DNA of 64,000 nt from a virus (lineage: Duplodnaviria; Caudoviricetes): positions 1-64,000 of the IMG/VR virus record IMGVR_UViG_3300037067_007801. The stretch is one strand, 5' to 3'. Numbering within the stretch: the first letter of the stretch is position 1; the number at the start of each line of letters is the position of its first letter. Under the pieces are notes generated by a model. That model ran no database searches and was not told where the DNA came from. It saw only the letters and a list, made by a program, of their open reading frames with translations. A program made the translations under genes and the position numbers. This document shows positions 27,299-35,970 of this stretch, piece after piece.

Positions 27299-27552
27299 AG
27301 ATCTACAACAACAACCCGGCGTTCGGCGACTGCGGCCCGTTCGACATCGATGCGCCGACGTTCCTCATGGCGTGTTCGCAACTCGCGAACGAGATGCAGC
27401 CGAACTTCAAGACGTGGGCGCAAGAGCAGGAGGACCGACACGCGGCAGACGTCATGTTCAACCCTGGCCTGCCCGAGTTCATGCCGCGTGAGAAACGGAT
27501 CGCCGAGATGCGGCGCGAGTTCCTGAAGGGGCTGACGGAGGTGCAAGAATGA
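27295..27552 (+). CDS. Hypothetical protein
   Basis: Coupled ORF. Confidence 0.55.
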   Translation: MKIYNNNPAFGDCGPFDIDAPTFLMACSQLANEMQPNFKTWAQEQEDRHAADVMFNPGLPEFMPREKRIAEMRREFLKGLTEVQE

Positions 27553-27941
27553 CACCGTGGACATGGGAGGAACTGCACCAGATCGAACGTGAGCGTGGGG
27601 ACAACTTCGTCATGTTTCTGGCGATCTACGGATTCATCGGAGCGCTCGCGTTAAAGTTGACCAGGACGATGAAGGATAAGATGCACGATCGGAACATTAG
27701 TTGCGAGGCAGAACCACTGTACCCAAACAGGTGTGATGGATGTCCGTTGCGACACAGCAATTGTGAACCGTTCGATCCATTTGCAAAAGAGGAAATGACG
27801 GATCTCTATGGGGAGTTGCTTTTGCACAGTCGTTTCCGACCAGAGGTACCGTACACACCAAAAGAGTCTGTCATGTTGCGTCAAGAAGCTATCAAACGGG
27901 TGATGGAGAAGGTGTGGCCGCAGAAGGCGCGAGGAAGGTGA
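27549..27941 (+). CDS. Hypothetical protein
   Basis: Coupled ORF. Confidence 0.5.
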   Translation: MTPWTWEELHQIERERGDNFVMFLAIYGFIGALALKLTRTMKDKMHDRNISCEAEPLYPNRCDGCPLRHSNCEPFDPFAKEEMTDLYGELLLHSRFRPEVPYTPKESVMLRQEAIKRVMEKVWPQKARGR

Positions 27942-28106
27942 ATCCGTGAACTCGAAGACGAAAGCGCAGAAGAAGTCCGACCGCCTCGCGCTCGATGAAC
28001 TGTCCGACGGTATCGAGCCGTTGGAGCCGGTGAAGAAGCGAGTTCCGACGTGGCTTCCGAAGCTCGGAGACGTGTGGAAACCGGTTTCCGACAAGGAGGT
28101 TGGCAA

Positions 28107-28355
28107 GTGAGCAAACTATATGTGATTCTCAACCGCGGCCCAGTCGTCGGCAACTGCGCATTGTTCTGGCGCGAAGGTGGCCACGGGTACACCTGCAACC
28201 TCGACGATGCGTGGAAGGTGGAAGCGGCGAAGGCGCAGGACATCTGCCACGACCGGCCGGATGAGGACTTCATTATCTCGTTGGACTTCGCCGCTGAGAA
28301 CAGCGAGCGACACTGTCACGCGGACGTGTTGCGCGACAATGTGGTGAAACCGTGA
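28107..28355 (+). CDS. Hypothetical protein
   Basis: AAGGAGGT RBS; LFWREGGHGYTCNLDDA. Confidence 0.6.
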   Translation: MSKLYVILNRGPVVGNCALFWREGGHGYTCNLDDAWKVEAAKAQDICHDRPDEDFIISLDFAAENSERHCHADVLRDNVVKP

Positions 28356-28837
28356 CCTGGTACCACGGCGGCATCGGCAAGATGAAGGTCGGCGATACGC
28401 TCGTCCCGTCGTCACCTCACGTTGAGGACGGCTGTCCGATCTGCGAGGCCCGTGCCGCTGGCAGGGTCGTGACCGTTGGAGAGTACCGCGCTTGGCTGAG
28501 ACAGCAAGGTCCTCGTGCGCTGCCGGTGTTGAAGATGCTGGCAGACGCACCCGACGACGCGCCGATTGATCCGCCGACAGGGAAACGAGCCATCTACTTC
28601 ACGACCGATTTGATGTACGCTCGGTGGTATGCCGCAAGGAGTCGAGGTGATCTGTACGAGGTGCGGCCGGTCGGTCCAGTCGAACGCTCGAAGGAAGATG
28701 CCTTCCCAACATGGACGGCAGGGGCTGCGATCGTGTCGAGAGTCGTCGAGCGCAAGGTCCGGCTGACCAGGGCCGACCGCCGAGAGATGACCCGTAGGTG
28801 GAAGAAGAAGGACAAGGAACGAGAGGCGAATCGATGA
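28352..28837 (+). CDS. Arr-like ADP-ribosyltransferase fold protein
   Basis: WYHG...KVGDTLVP...IYFTT...LYEVRPVGPVE parallels the rifampin ADP-ribosyltransferase layout. Confidence 0.5.
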   Translation: MTWYHGGIGKMKVGDTLVPSSPHVEDGCPICEARAAGRVVTVGEYRAWLRQQGPRALPVLKMLADAPDDAPIDPPTGKRAIYFTTDLMYARWYAARSRGDLYEVRPVGPVERSKEDAFPTWTAGAAIVSRVVERKVRLTRADRREMTRRWKKKDKEREANR

Positions 28838-28949
28838 AGTCCGTTCCAGCATCGCACCGGCTCGACGATCTGGCGCAGGCAGCCAACCTGCAACCCTCCC
28901 CAGATCGCCGGGCCGGTCAGGTGCTGGAGCGTTGAAAAGGAGCAAGCAG

Positions 28950-29279
28950 ATGAGCGACCATTGCCAGAATTGCACGGTACGTGGCGACCTAGAAGCGTGC
29001 CGAACCGTGTGTGAGCGCGCGACAAGCAATCCGTGCGATGTACCGACATCGTGGGGTGCTGCGTCTCGTATTGCCGAACTCGAAACCGATAACACTCGAC
29101 TTCGGGATGCACTGGAAATCGCGACGGTGTCGTTGACCGCCAAGTATCCCGAAGACTTCCGAGCTGTGTTCACCGACTCCGAAATATTGGCCATGATCGA
29201 TCGCCATAACAAGGGGGCTGATTTTAAAATCGAAGATGTCATTCGCGCCGCCCTTTTACCCAGGGAGACCGGGAAGTGA
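28950..29279 (+). CDS. Hypothetical protein
   Basis: AAGGAG RBS. Confidence 0.5.
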   Translation: MSDHCQNCTVRGDLEACRTVCERATSNPCDVPTSWGAASRIAELETDNTRLRDALEIATVSLTAKYPEDFRAVFTDSEILAMIDRHNKGADFKIEDVIRAALLPRETGK

Positions 29280-29620
29280 AACGGTCACGACTGCTCGACG
29301 GTGCTCAGAACTTCTGCGGTCCAGTCGGAGAGAAAATCCGAGCACGCATTCGCGCCTACCTCGCGGCGCCCACCGAGGACGGATGGTCGGATATTGCTGG
29401 TGTGATCATCACTCCGAGCACGTGTTGCGGTAGCCTCTTGGAGTGGGTTCAGTCGGTTGACCCGACGTTGCCGAAAATCGAACCTCACTACGATCCACTC
29501 TTGAACAAGTTGACCGGCTGGCCTCGTATCCCCGATCCTGTTCTGCTTGCGCGCGCCATACGAGCCGCGATAAGGTCGTTGGGCTCGACATCGACCGACT
29601 GCAAACTCGAACTGAGGTGA
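29276..29620 (+). CDS. Hypothetical protein
   Basis: Coupled ORF. Confidence 0.55.
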   Translation: MKRSRLLDGAQNFCGPVGEKIRARIRAYLAAPTEDGWSDIAGVIITPSTCCGSLLEWVQSVDPTLPKIEPHYDPLLNKLTGWPRIPDPVLLARAIRAAIRSLGSTSTDCKLELR

Positions 29621-29823
29621 ACATGCCGACGTCCAGGATTCCAACCTACGAATCGATCATCGCTGCGTGCAAGGTCGGTTGCTTTTGTTGCGGAGCTCTA
29701 CTCGACCCGTCCGAAGTCAAGCCGCAGAAAGGTACGACGAAGTTGAACGCGCGATACGTTGTGACCTGTCCGTCCTGTGGAGACCCTACGATGTTTGCCG
29801 TTCGATCTCCCGAGCGCCGTTGA
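29617..29823 (+). CDS. Zinc-ribbon hypothetical protein
   Basis: CFCCG...CPSCG. Confidence 0.5.
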   Translation: MNMPTSRIPTYESIIAACKVGCFCCGALLDPSEVKPQKGTTKLNARYVVTCPSCGDPTMFAVRSPERR

Positions 29824-29917
29824 ACCCTTCCAATCCGTCCGCTGAACAGAATTTCATGTAGTTGTTGCATGTCGTATTCGGAGGAGTTACAATACAGTTG
29901 TGGCAAGGGTTAATACA

Positions 29918-30106
29918 ATGCGGCGAGAACAGCACATCGACGTCGATGATTCGGCGTCTCGTCGAAATAGAGCGATGGTCAGCCTGCTTCGCTGCGACGA
30001 GTGTGACTACGAGTGGAGGGCCACCGGCCTCGTAGCGCTGCTCTGCCCTGTCTGCGGTTCGTTCGAGGTCGAAAAGAAGGTAGACCTCGGGCTCGACCTC
30101 ATCTGA
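29918..30106 (+). CDS. Small zinc-ribbon protein
   Basis: CDEC...CPVCGS; follows an AT-rich promoter-like gap. Confidence 0.5.
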   Translation: MRREQHIDVDDSASRRNRAMVSLLRCDECDYEWRATGLVALLCPVCGSFEVEKKVDLGLDLI

Positions 30107-30107
30107 G

Positions 30108-30515
30108 ATGAGACGCCGTTCATTCACTGCCGTACCTCTTGAACACGATGAACAGAAAGCCGTTGTCGATTGGTGCCGCGACTACGCCCGGTTACGTTGG
30201 CCGCATCTCTGTCTGCCGAATGGTGACTTCGCGATCTATGCTACGCCGAATGGGGGCGAGCGGAACATCATCGTCGCGACTCGACTCAAGCAGGAGGGAG
30301 TCAACACTGGAGTTCCCGATCTGCACGTGCCCGGGTTGCGTCTCTGGATCGAGATGAAGAGGCTCAAAGGAAGCAAGACGAGCGACAAACAAACCGACTG
30401 GCACGCCTATCTGCGGAGCATCGGAGACACCGTCGTTGTGGCCAAGGGAGCGACCGAAGCCATCGCTGCGATCACTGCCGCTGCGAAATTGGTCTTGAAG
30501 CCGACCGGCCTGTGA
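30108..30515 (+). CDS. VRR-NUC (PD-(D/E)xK) nuclease
   Basis: PNGGER...GVPDL...WIEMKR...Q..W. Confidence 0.85.
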   Translation: MRRRSFTAVPLEHDEQKAVVDWCRDYARLRWPHLCLPNGDFAIYATPNGGERNIIVATRLKQEGVNTGVPDLHVPGLRLWIEMKRLKGSKTSDKQTDWHAYLRSIGDTVVVAKGATEAIAAITAAAKLVLKPTGL

Positions 30516-30530
30516 GAGTATCGTAGGCGA

Positions 30531-30941
30531 ATGCTCGGCTACCACAGGTATCACCCAAGTCGCACGATCCCAATTAGAAAACCTTGTGCCGAACTCGCCA
30601 GCGTGTACGAGACGGACTTGCCGACGGACCACTGGAGACCGCGGTTCAGAAGTGAGTGCATCGATGCACCGCGCCCGTGTCCATATTCCTCCTGCCGTCA
30701 TCATCTTTTTCTCGACGTGAACTCGGCCGGTGGCATCGTACTGAACTTCCCAGACAAGACCATCGACGACCTGGAGGACACGTGCTCTCTTGACGTGGCC
30801 GATCGCGCGGGACATACGCTCGACGAAGTTGGTAAGTTCCTTGACCTCACTCGCGAACGAGTCAGGCAGATCGAGACTCAGGCGATGCGAAAGTTCCCGC
30901 CCGAGTTGTTGGAATACTTGAGGCGAAGCCACGATGACTGA
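30531..30941 (+). CDS. sigma70 region-4-like HTH DNA-binding protein
   Basis: RPCPYSSCRHHLFLDV...CSLDVADR..HTLDEVGKFLDLTRERVRQIE. Confidence 0.8.
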   Translation: MLGYHRYHPSRTIPIRKPCAELASVYETDLPTDHWRPRFRSECIDAPRPCPYSSCRHHLFLDVNSAGGIVLNFPDKTIDDLEDTCSLDVADRAGHTLDEVGKFLDLTRERVRQIETQAMRKFPPELLEYLRRSHDD

Positions 30942-32577
30942 ACCGTTCAGCAAAAACGACTTGAAGTTGTTGGCTCGCGCTGTCGCACGCCGGGAGAGGG
31001 AAGCTCGGCGCGACCCGGCCGAGTTCTTCGAGATGGTAGTTCGACATGAGACGACAAAGAAGCCGTTGCACGTGGCCGCGCATCAACGTGTGCTGTTCTC
31101 ATTCGCGCTCGCTCACCAGCAGTGTGTGATTCGATTGCCCATAGATCATGGAAAAAGCTTTACGATGGCCGCGCTTGGATTGTGGCTCACTGGAAACGAC
31201 GTCACACAGCGCGGAGCGATCGTCTCTCACTCCGTTGAGCAGTCGAAAAAAATCCTGCGCATGTTCAAGGACTACCTCGAAGACGAGGATTTAGGGTCAG
31301 CACTGCGCGATGTGTTTCCGCACCTGAGACGTTCGACCAGGGTAGGCGATCCTTGGACCCAAGATCAAGTATCCGTTGAACGTCCGGCAGGAATCCGAGA
31401 CGCGACAGTTAGGGCCATCGGCATTGGTGCGAAAATCAGTGGTTCGCGTCTCAGTTGGGTTCTGACAGACGACCTCGTGGACGACACGAACTCGACTTCA
31501 CCGGGAGAACGGAACGAACTCGAAAAGATTTTCACGAGTCGTATCCTGAGCCGTATGGATCCCGACCCGCTTCCCTCGCGAGTTGTCGTCACAAACACGC
31601 CATGGGACCGTGAAGATTTGACGTTCTATCTTGAGCGCGAGATGGGATTCGCCACCCTCACCATGGACATCGACGGCTACATCCGGTGGACGAACGCCGA
31701 TGGCAACTGGGTTCGTCACGCGCTCGACAACTACCTGCGCCCGAGCGTCACGCGGTGTAGTGGCAAGCACGATTGGTACAGGTTGCGCGCCCACGATCCG
31801 GACCCAGACGAGGTTGTCCCACTGTGGCCCGAGCGGCGTTCGCGGGAATCGATCGAAGTGCTCAGGCGCACCTGGCTGCCTCATGAGTTCGCCCGTCTAT
31901 GCATGTGCGAGCCGTTCGCCGACGACCAGATGCGGTGCCAGCGCGAGTGGATTGAACGGTGCAAGGCTCGCGGAGCCGGTACCAGCATGGTCAGTCGGTA
32001 CGACGGTGAACGACCTGTGTACACTGGCGTCGACATGGCGATCGGCAAGAAAAAGAAGAACGACCTGACCGTGTTGTTCACGATCGCCATCGAGGAAGAC
32101 CAGTCACGGCGTGTGCTCAACATCGAGTCCGGTCGGTGGACTGGCCCCGAGATCGTCGATCGCATCCTTGGAAACGCAGATGCCTACGGCGCCACGATCG
32201 CCGTCGAGTCGAACGCAGCGCAGGACTTCATTCGACAGTTCGCCATCGAGAAACGTAAAGACCTCCGCATCATTGCCCATTCTACGCAGGGCGGAAACAA
32301 GTCGAACCAGGAGTTTGGCGTTGAGGGAGTCTTCGCCGAGTTGCAGAATGGCGGCTGGATCATCCCGTGTTCGGAAGATGGCCGCTGCGATCCCGAGGTT
32401 CAGTCTTGGATCGACGAGTGTCTGTACTACCAGCCGCAGGCGCACAGTGGTGACAGGCTCATGGCCGGCTGGATCGCCTGCGAGGCTTCCCGCAGAAATC
32501 GCCGTGGCAACACCGGTAGGAGTACGTGGGTCGGCAACGGTGCGTCTCGTGAAGGATTGAAGATGGGAAGTTACTAG
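30934..32577 (+). CDS. terL: Terminase large subunit
   Basis: LPIDHGKS (Walker A), WVLTDDL (Walker B), TGVDMA and DRLMA nuclease motifs; directly before portal. Confidence 0.85.
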   Translation: MTEPFSKNDLKLLARAVARREREARRDPAEFFEMVVRHETTKKPLHVAAHQRVLFSFALAHQQCVIRLPIDHGKSFTMAALGLWLTGNDVTQRGAIVSHSVEQSKKILRMFKDYLEDEDLGSALRDVFPHLRRSTRVGDPWTQDQVSVERPAGIRDATVRAIGIGAKISGSRLSWVLTDDLVDDTNSTSPGERNELEKIFTSRILSRMDPDPLPSRVVVTNTPWDREDLTFYLEREMGFATLTMDIDGYIRWTNADGNWVRHALDNYLRPSVTRCSGKHDWYRLRAHDPDPDEVVPLWPERRSRESIEVLRRTWLPHEFARLCMCEPFADDQMRCQREWIERCKARGAGTSMVSRYDGERPVYTGVDMAIGKKKKNDLTVLFTIAIEEDQSRRVLNIESGRWTGPEIVDRILGNADAYGATIAVESNAAQDFIRQFAIEKRKDLRIIAHSTQGGNKSNQEFGVEGVFAELQNGGWIIPCSEDGRCDPEVQSWIDECLYYQPQAHSGDRLMAGWIACEASRRNRRGNTGRSTWVGNGASREGLKMGSY

Positions 32578-32587
32578 AGGAGAACGA

Positions 32588-32965
32588 ATGAACGACCAAC
32601 GTACTGACGTCGTTAACGTAAAGCTCGAAGGTGCCGATCTTGAACTGCTACGAGCTGGACAAGCGCAAGGCGAGTCGGCCGGAATCAAACAGGCCGTCGA
32701 TTCCATCAGAGAAGCGTTGCAGGCTTGGAAGGTTGAGGCCGACAAGTTGGCTCCGGATCGTTCGACTGAGATCGGTGCGTTCGTGTCTTCGTTCGACCCA
32801 CTCCTTGGCTCACTGTCATCGAAAGCGGAGGCGCGATCGGTGGACGGTCGTTCGTCGTTGGCTCGAGCCGTTGCGACTGGTGCAGGTAAGCCGCGGGCGG
32901 TTGGTTTGCGGAAGCGGGCGAGCGCGGTTATGATGAGGGCGGCTCGTAAGCTCGAAGGGAGCTAA
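32588..32965 (+). CDS. Hypothetical protein
   Basis: GAGGAG RBS; between terL and portal. Confidence 0.6.
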   Translation: MNDQRTDVVNVKLEGADLELLRAGQAQGESAGIKQAVDSIREALQAWKVEADKLAPDRSTEIGAFVSSFDPLLGSLSSKAEARSVDGRSSLARAVATGAGKPRAVGLRKRASAVMMRAARKLEGS

Positions 32966-32968
32966 CCG

Positions 32969-35860
32969 ATGGCGCGACGCATCATCTCGGCGGAACAATC
33001 TGGGCCGCTCGCCCTGCGCAACTACGCGCCTGTCAAGGCCGCGCCGCCCATCCCGGTCGCAGCGTTGCAGAAGATCAATCTTGCGAGCCCCGACGCTTCG
33101 CAGATGCAGCGCACGCGGTTCGGCCGTTCGATCTCCGCGGACATGATCGAGATCGTGTTGAAGCGTGCGGCACTTGGCCAGATGCGCGACCTGACCGACT
33201 TGATTCGCGAGAGCATCTTCTACGACCCCCACTACGCTGGCGTGCTCCGCAAGCGTCTCGGAACCGTTGCTGCTCTCCCGTGGGAGGTTCGATCAGCCGA
33301 GGGTCCTGACGTCGACAAGGACTTGGCTCGAGACTACGCAGCGATCGTCCGTGCTCAGATCTGCAACATGGTGAACTTCCGCGACTTCCTTCAGGACCTC
33401 GCGTGGGGTGTTGTCGATGGCCGCGCCGCGAGTGAGCTTGACTGGATGCCGATCCAGCCGATGACTGTTGGCAAGAGCACGGCGTCCATGGCCATTGCGC
33501 GCATCCTGTACATCCACCCGAGGCGTCTGAACTTCGGTCCGACTCGGTATCTCGTCGTGACCGACGACTCGAAGTCTGGGTCTGGAGCTCGCTTCTCGAC
33601 TGAAGGTTACTCACTGGATCCGGTCGAGTTGAAGAAGCAGAAATTGTACCGCAAGTACGTCCAGTGGATGCCGCGTCAGTTCGGCGACTACCAGGAGATG
33701 GAGGGAATCGGCTGCCGGTCTCTCATCTGGGCGTTCTTCAAGCGGTTCGCACAACGCGACCGCATGCAGCTTCTCGAACTGTTCGGTAAGCCGTGGCGTG
33801 TCGGAGTTCCAGGAGATGACAGCGACACGAGTCAGGAAGATCTGATCGCCGCCAAGGCTGCGATCGATGGTCTCGGTTCCACCTATAGCGCCCTGCTTCC
33901 GCGTGGCGTCGACATCAAAGTTCTGGCCCCTGGAGACACGGCCGGGAACGTTCACAAGGACGTGATCGCTGAGTGCGACCGGCAGATCTCGAAGCTCGTT
34001 CTCGGACAGACTGGCACGACGGACAACATGGCCGGTGGTCTCAATACATCACAGGCCAGCGTCATGCAGGACGAACAGTTCGCCATTCTGACGAACGACG
34101 CACTGACAATGGCACAGGTCATCGAAGACCAAGTGACTGATGCGATCATCGAGGTCAACTTCGGTGCCGACCAGTTGCCGAACGCTCCGCACTTCGTGTT
34201 GCGCAGCGATCTGCCTCCGAATCGAAACGCGGAGTTGGATCGTCTCGACAAGGCGTTGAAGGCTGGGCTCGAGGTAGAGGTTGACGAAGCGTACGAGGTG
34301 TCCGGATTCCGACGTCCGGAGGAAGACGCCACGGTCATCAAGATGGACCAGCCTCCGAGTTCGCCCATGTCGCCGGTTCCACCTGCACCGCGGCCTGTCA
34401 TCGTGTACCCGCCTGGAGCCTCGCCGGCCGTTGGAGAACAGCAACCGATCGCCGAGACCGCGGACGTGGGAGAGGGGAGTCGAACGTCTCCAGCTGGGCA
34501 GGCTGGAGTTTCCGATGTCGCGAGCATCGTCACTGTGAACGAAGCTCGTGCAGGTCAGGGCTTGCCGCCGTTGACGACGCCAGATGGTGCTGAAGATCCG
34601 GACGGCAACCTGACGATCGCCGAGTTCAACAAGAGACGAGCACCGCAAGAACCAGTTGTCCCTCCTGTCGAACCGGATGCCGAACCAGAGGTTGAGGAGG
34701 ACGAGGACGAGGACGAAGACGACAAAGACGTGTCAGAGATTGCCGCGTCTTCATTCTCGTCTCGCCGCTTCCCGGAACTGGACAGCGAGGAGTCTGTACT
34801 GAACGTTGTGCGCGCAGAAATGGAACTGGACGACGCCGCAGAGATCGTGCGCGTTGATCGTCGTATTCTCCTTGCGAACGAGCATGGCGAACCCGAGACC
34901 GTTTTCGGTTCACCCGACGAGATCGTGAAGCGTGGCGAGCGCGAACTGTACGGCGCGACGAACGCATGGGCCGACCACTTCGAAGCGGCTGTACGTGACC
35001 AGTCCACGGCTGTTGGAATCTACAACGCCATGGTGCGTGCGTCCGAGAAGTTGGACCTCAATCTCTATGCGCGCCCGCTCGAGAGACGGATGCGACAGGG
35101 TGCGGCACTCGGCTGCCTGGACAACGCGCTCGAGGTCGGGCAGATCGACGCGGATGGTGACGAGAAGACCGGTTGGAATCTGAGCGCATCGCCGGACATC
35201 ATGGTCGTCGAGCGTCTGTCACTAGCGATGAAGACGCCGTTCGCCAAGATGCCGTTCAAGGACGCGATGAACTGGTTCAGGGCGCGCAAGGTACTGCCGC
35301 GAGCCAAGTTCGAGGCCATGACGGCAGACGTGCGGCGCCGTTCATTCACCGTCGCTGGCGTCCAGTCCACTGAGATGTTGACCGTGTTGCAGGCCGAACT
35401 TGCACGTCAAGTTGGTGAAGGTGGCGACCTGCGCGAGTTCTCGAAGTTCATGAAGAAGCGGCTCGTGTCGGCTGGAATGGTCGCGAGCAAGCTGCCCGAG
35501 TCCGGAGCGTTGAGCGCGAGTCACATTGAGAACGTGTTCCGCACAAACATGGCGAACTCGTATCAGGCAGGTCGGTACACGCATGCTACACAGCCCGAGG
35601 TGATGCGCGCACGGCCGATCTGGCAGTGGCGCTCGTTGCAAGATTTCCCTCGCGCTCGAGCAACACACGCTGCGGCGAATGGAAAGATGCTCTACGCATC
35701 CGACCCGTTCTGGCTGACGTGCTATCCGCCGGCCGGCTTCCAATGTCGTTGCCGTGTCATCACGCGCGACAAGAGTTACGCGAACCAAGTTGGTTCTCGA
35801 TCCGACTTCGCTGGACTTCCTGATTCCGGATTCACGTCCGGTGTTTCTTCTCTGCTGTAG
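32969..35860 (+). CDS. Mu gp29-like portal (DUF935) fused to Mu gpF-like head morphogenesis domain
   Basis: FFKRFA...ELFGKPWR, QISKLVLGQT; acidic/Pro linker; FRTNMANSYQAGR...YPPAGFQCRC. Confidence 0.85.
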   Translation: MARRIISAEQSGPLALRNYAPVKAAPPIPVAALQKINLASPDASQMQRTRFGRSISADMIEIVLKRAALGQMRDLTDLIRESIFYDPHYAGVLRKRLGTVAALPWEVRSAEGPDVDKDLARDYAAIVRAQICNMVNFRDFLQDLAWGVVDGRAASELDWMPIQPMTVGKSTASMAIARILYIHPRRLNFGPTRYLVVTDDSKSGSGARFSTEGYSLDPVELKKQKLYRKYVQWMPRQFGDYQEMEGIGCRSLIWAFFKRFAQRDRMQLLELFGKPWRVGVPGDDSDTSQEDLIAAKAAIDGLGSTYSALLPRGVDIKVLAPGDTAGNVHKDVIAECDRQISKLVLGQTGTTDNMAGGLNTSQASVMQDEQFAILTNDALTMAQVIEDQVTDAIIEVNFGADQLPNAPHFVLRSDLPPNRNAELDRLDKALKAGLEVEVDEAYEVSGFRRPEEDATVIKMDQPPSSPMSPVPPAPRPVIVYPPGASPAVGEQQPIAETADVGEGSRTSPAGQAGVSDVASIVTVNEARAGQGLPPLTTPDGAEDPDGNLTIAEFNKRRAPQEPVVPPVEPDAEPEVEEDEDEDEDDKDVSEIAASSFSSRRFPELDSEESVLNVVRAEMELDDAAEIVRVDRRILLANEHGEPETVFGSPDEIVKRGERELYGATNAWADHFEAAVRDQSTAVGIYNAMVRASEKLDLNLYARPLERRMRQGAALGCLDNALEVGQIDADGDEKTGWNLSASPDIMVVERLSLAMKTPFAKMPFKDAMNWFRARKVLPRAKFEAMTADVRRRSFTVAGVQSTEMLTVLQAELARQVGEGGDLREFSKFMKKRLVSAGMVASKLPESGALSASHIENVFRTNMANSYQAGRYTHATQPEVMRARPIWQWRSLQDFPRARATHAAANGKMLYASDPFWLTCYPPAGFQCRCRVITRDKSYANQVGSRSDFAGLPDSGFTSGVSSLL

Positions 35861-35870
35861 TTCACAGTCC

Positions 35871-35905
35871 AAGATTTCGACATCAAACTGACGTTGCCGC
35901 ATAGT
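35871..35905 (+). promoter_or_regulatory. Putative late promoter
   Basis: AAGATT-TCGACA-17 bp-CATAGT; near-identical copy at 38235. Confidence 0.65.
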
Positions 35906-35970
35906 GGTGTCGAACATGGCCCCACCTCCGCGACATTGTGTCGCGTGGGCAACCAGCCAGGGAGGACCCA

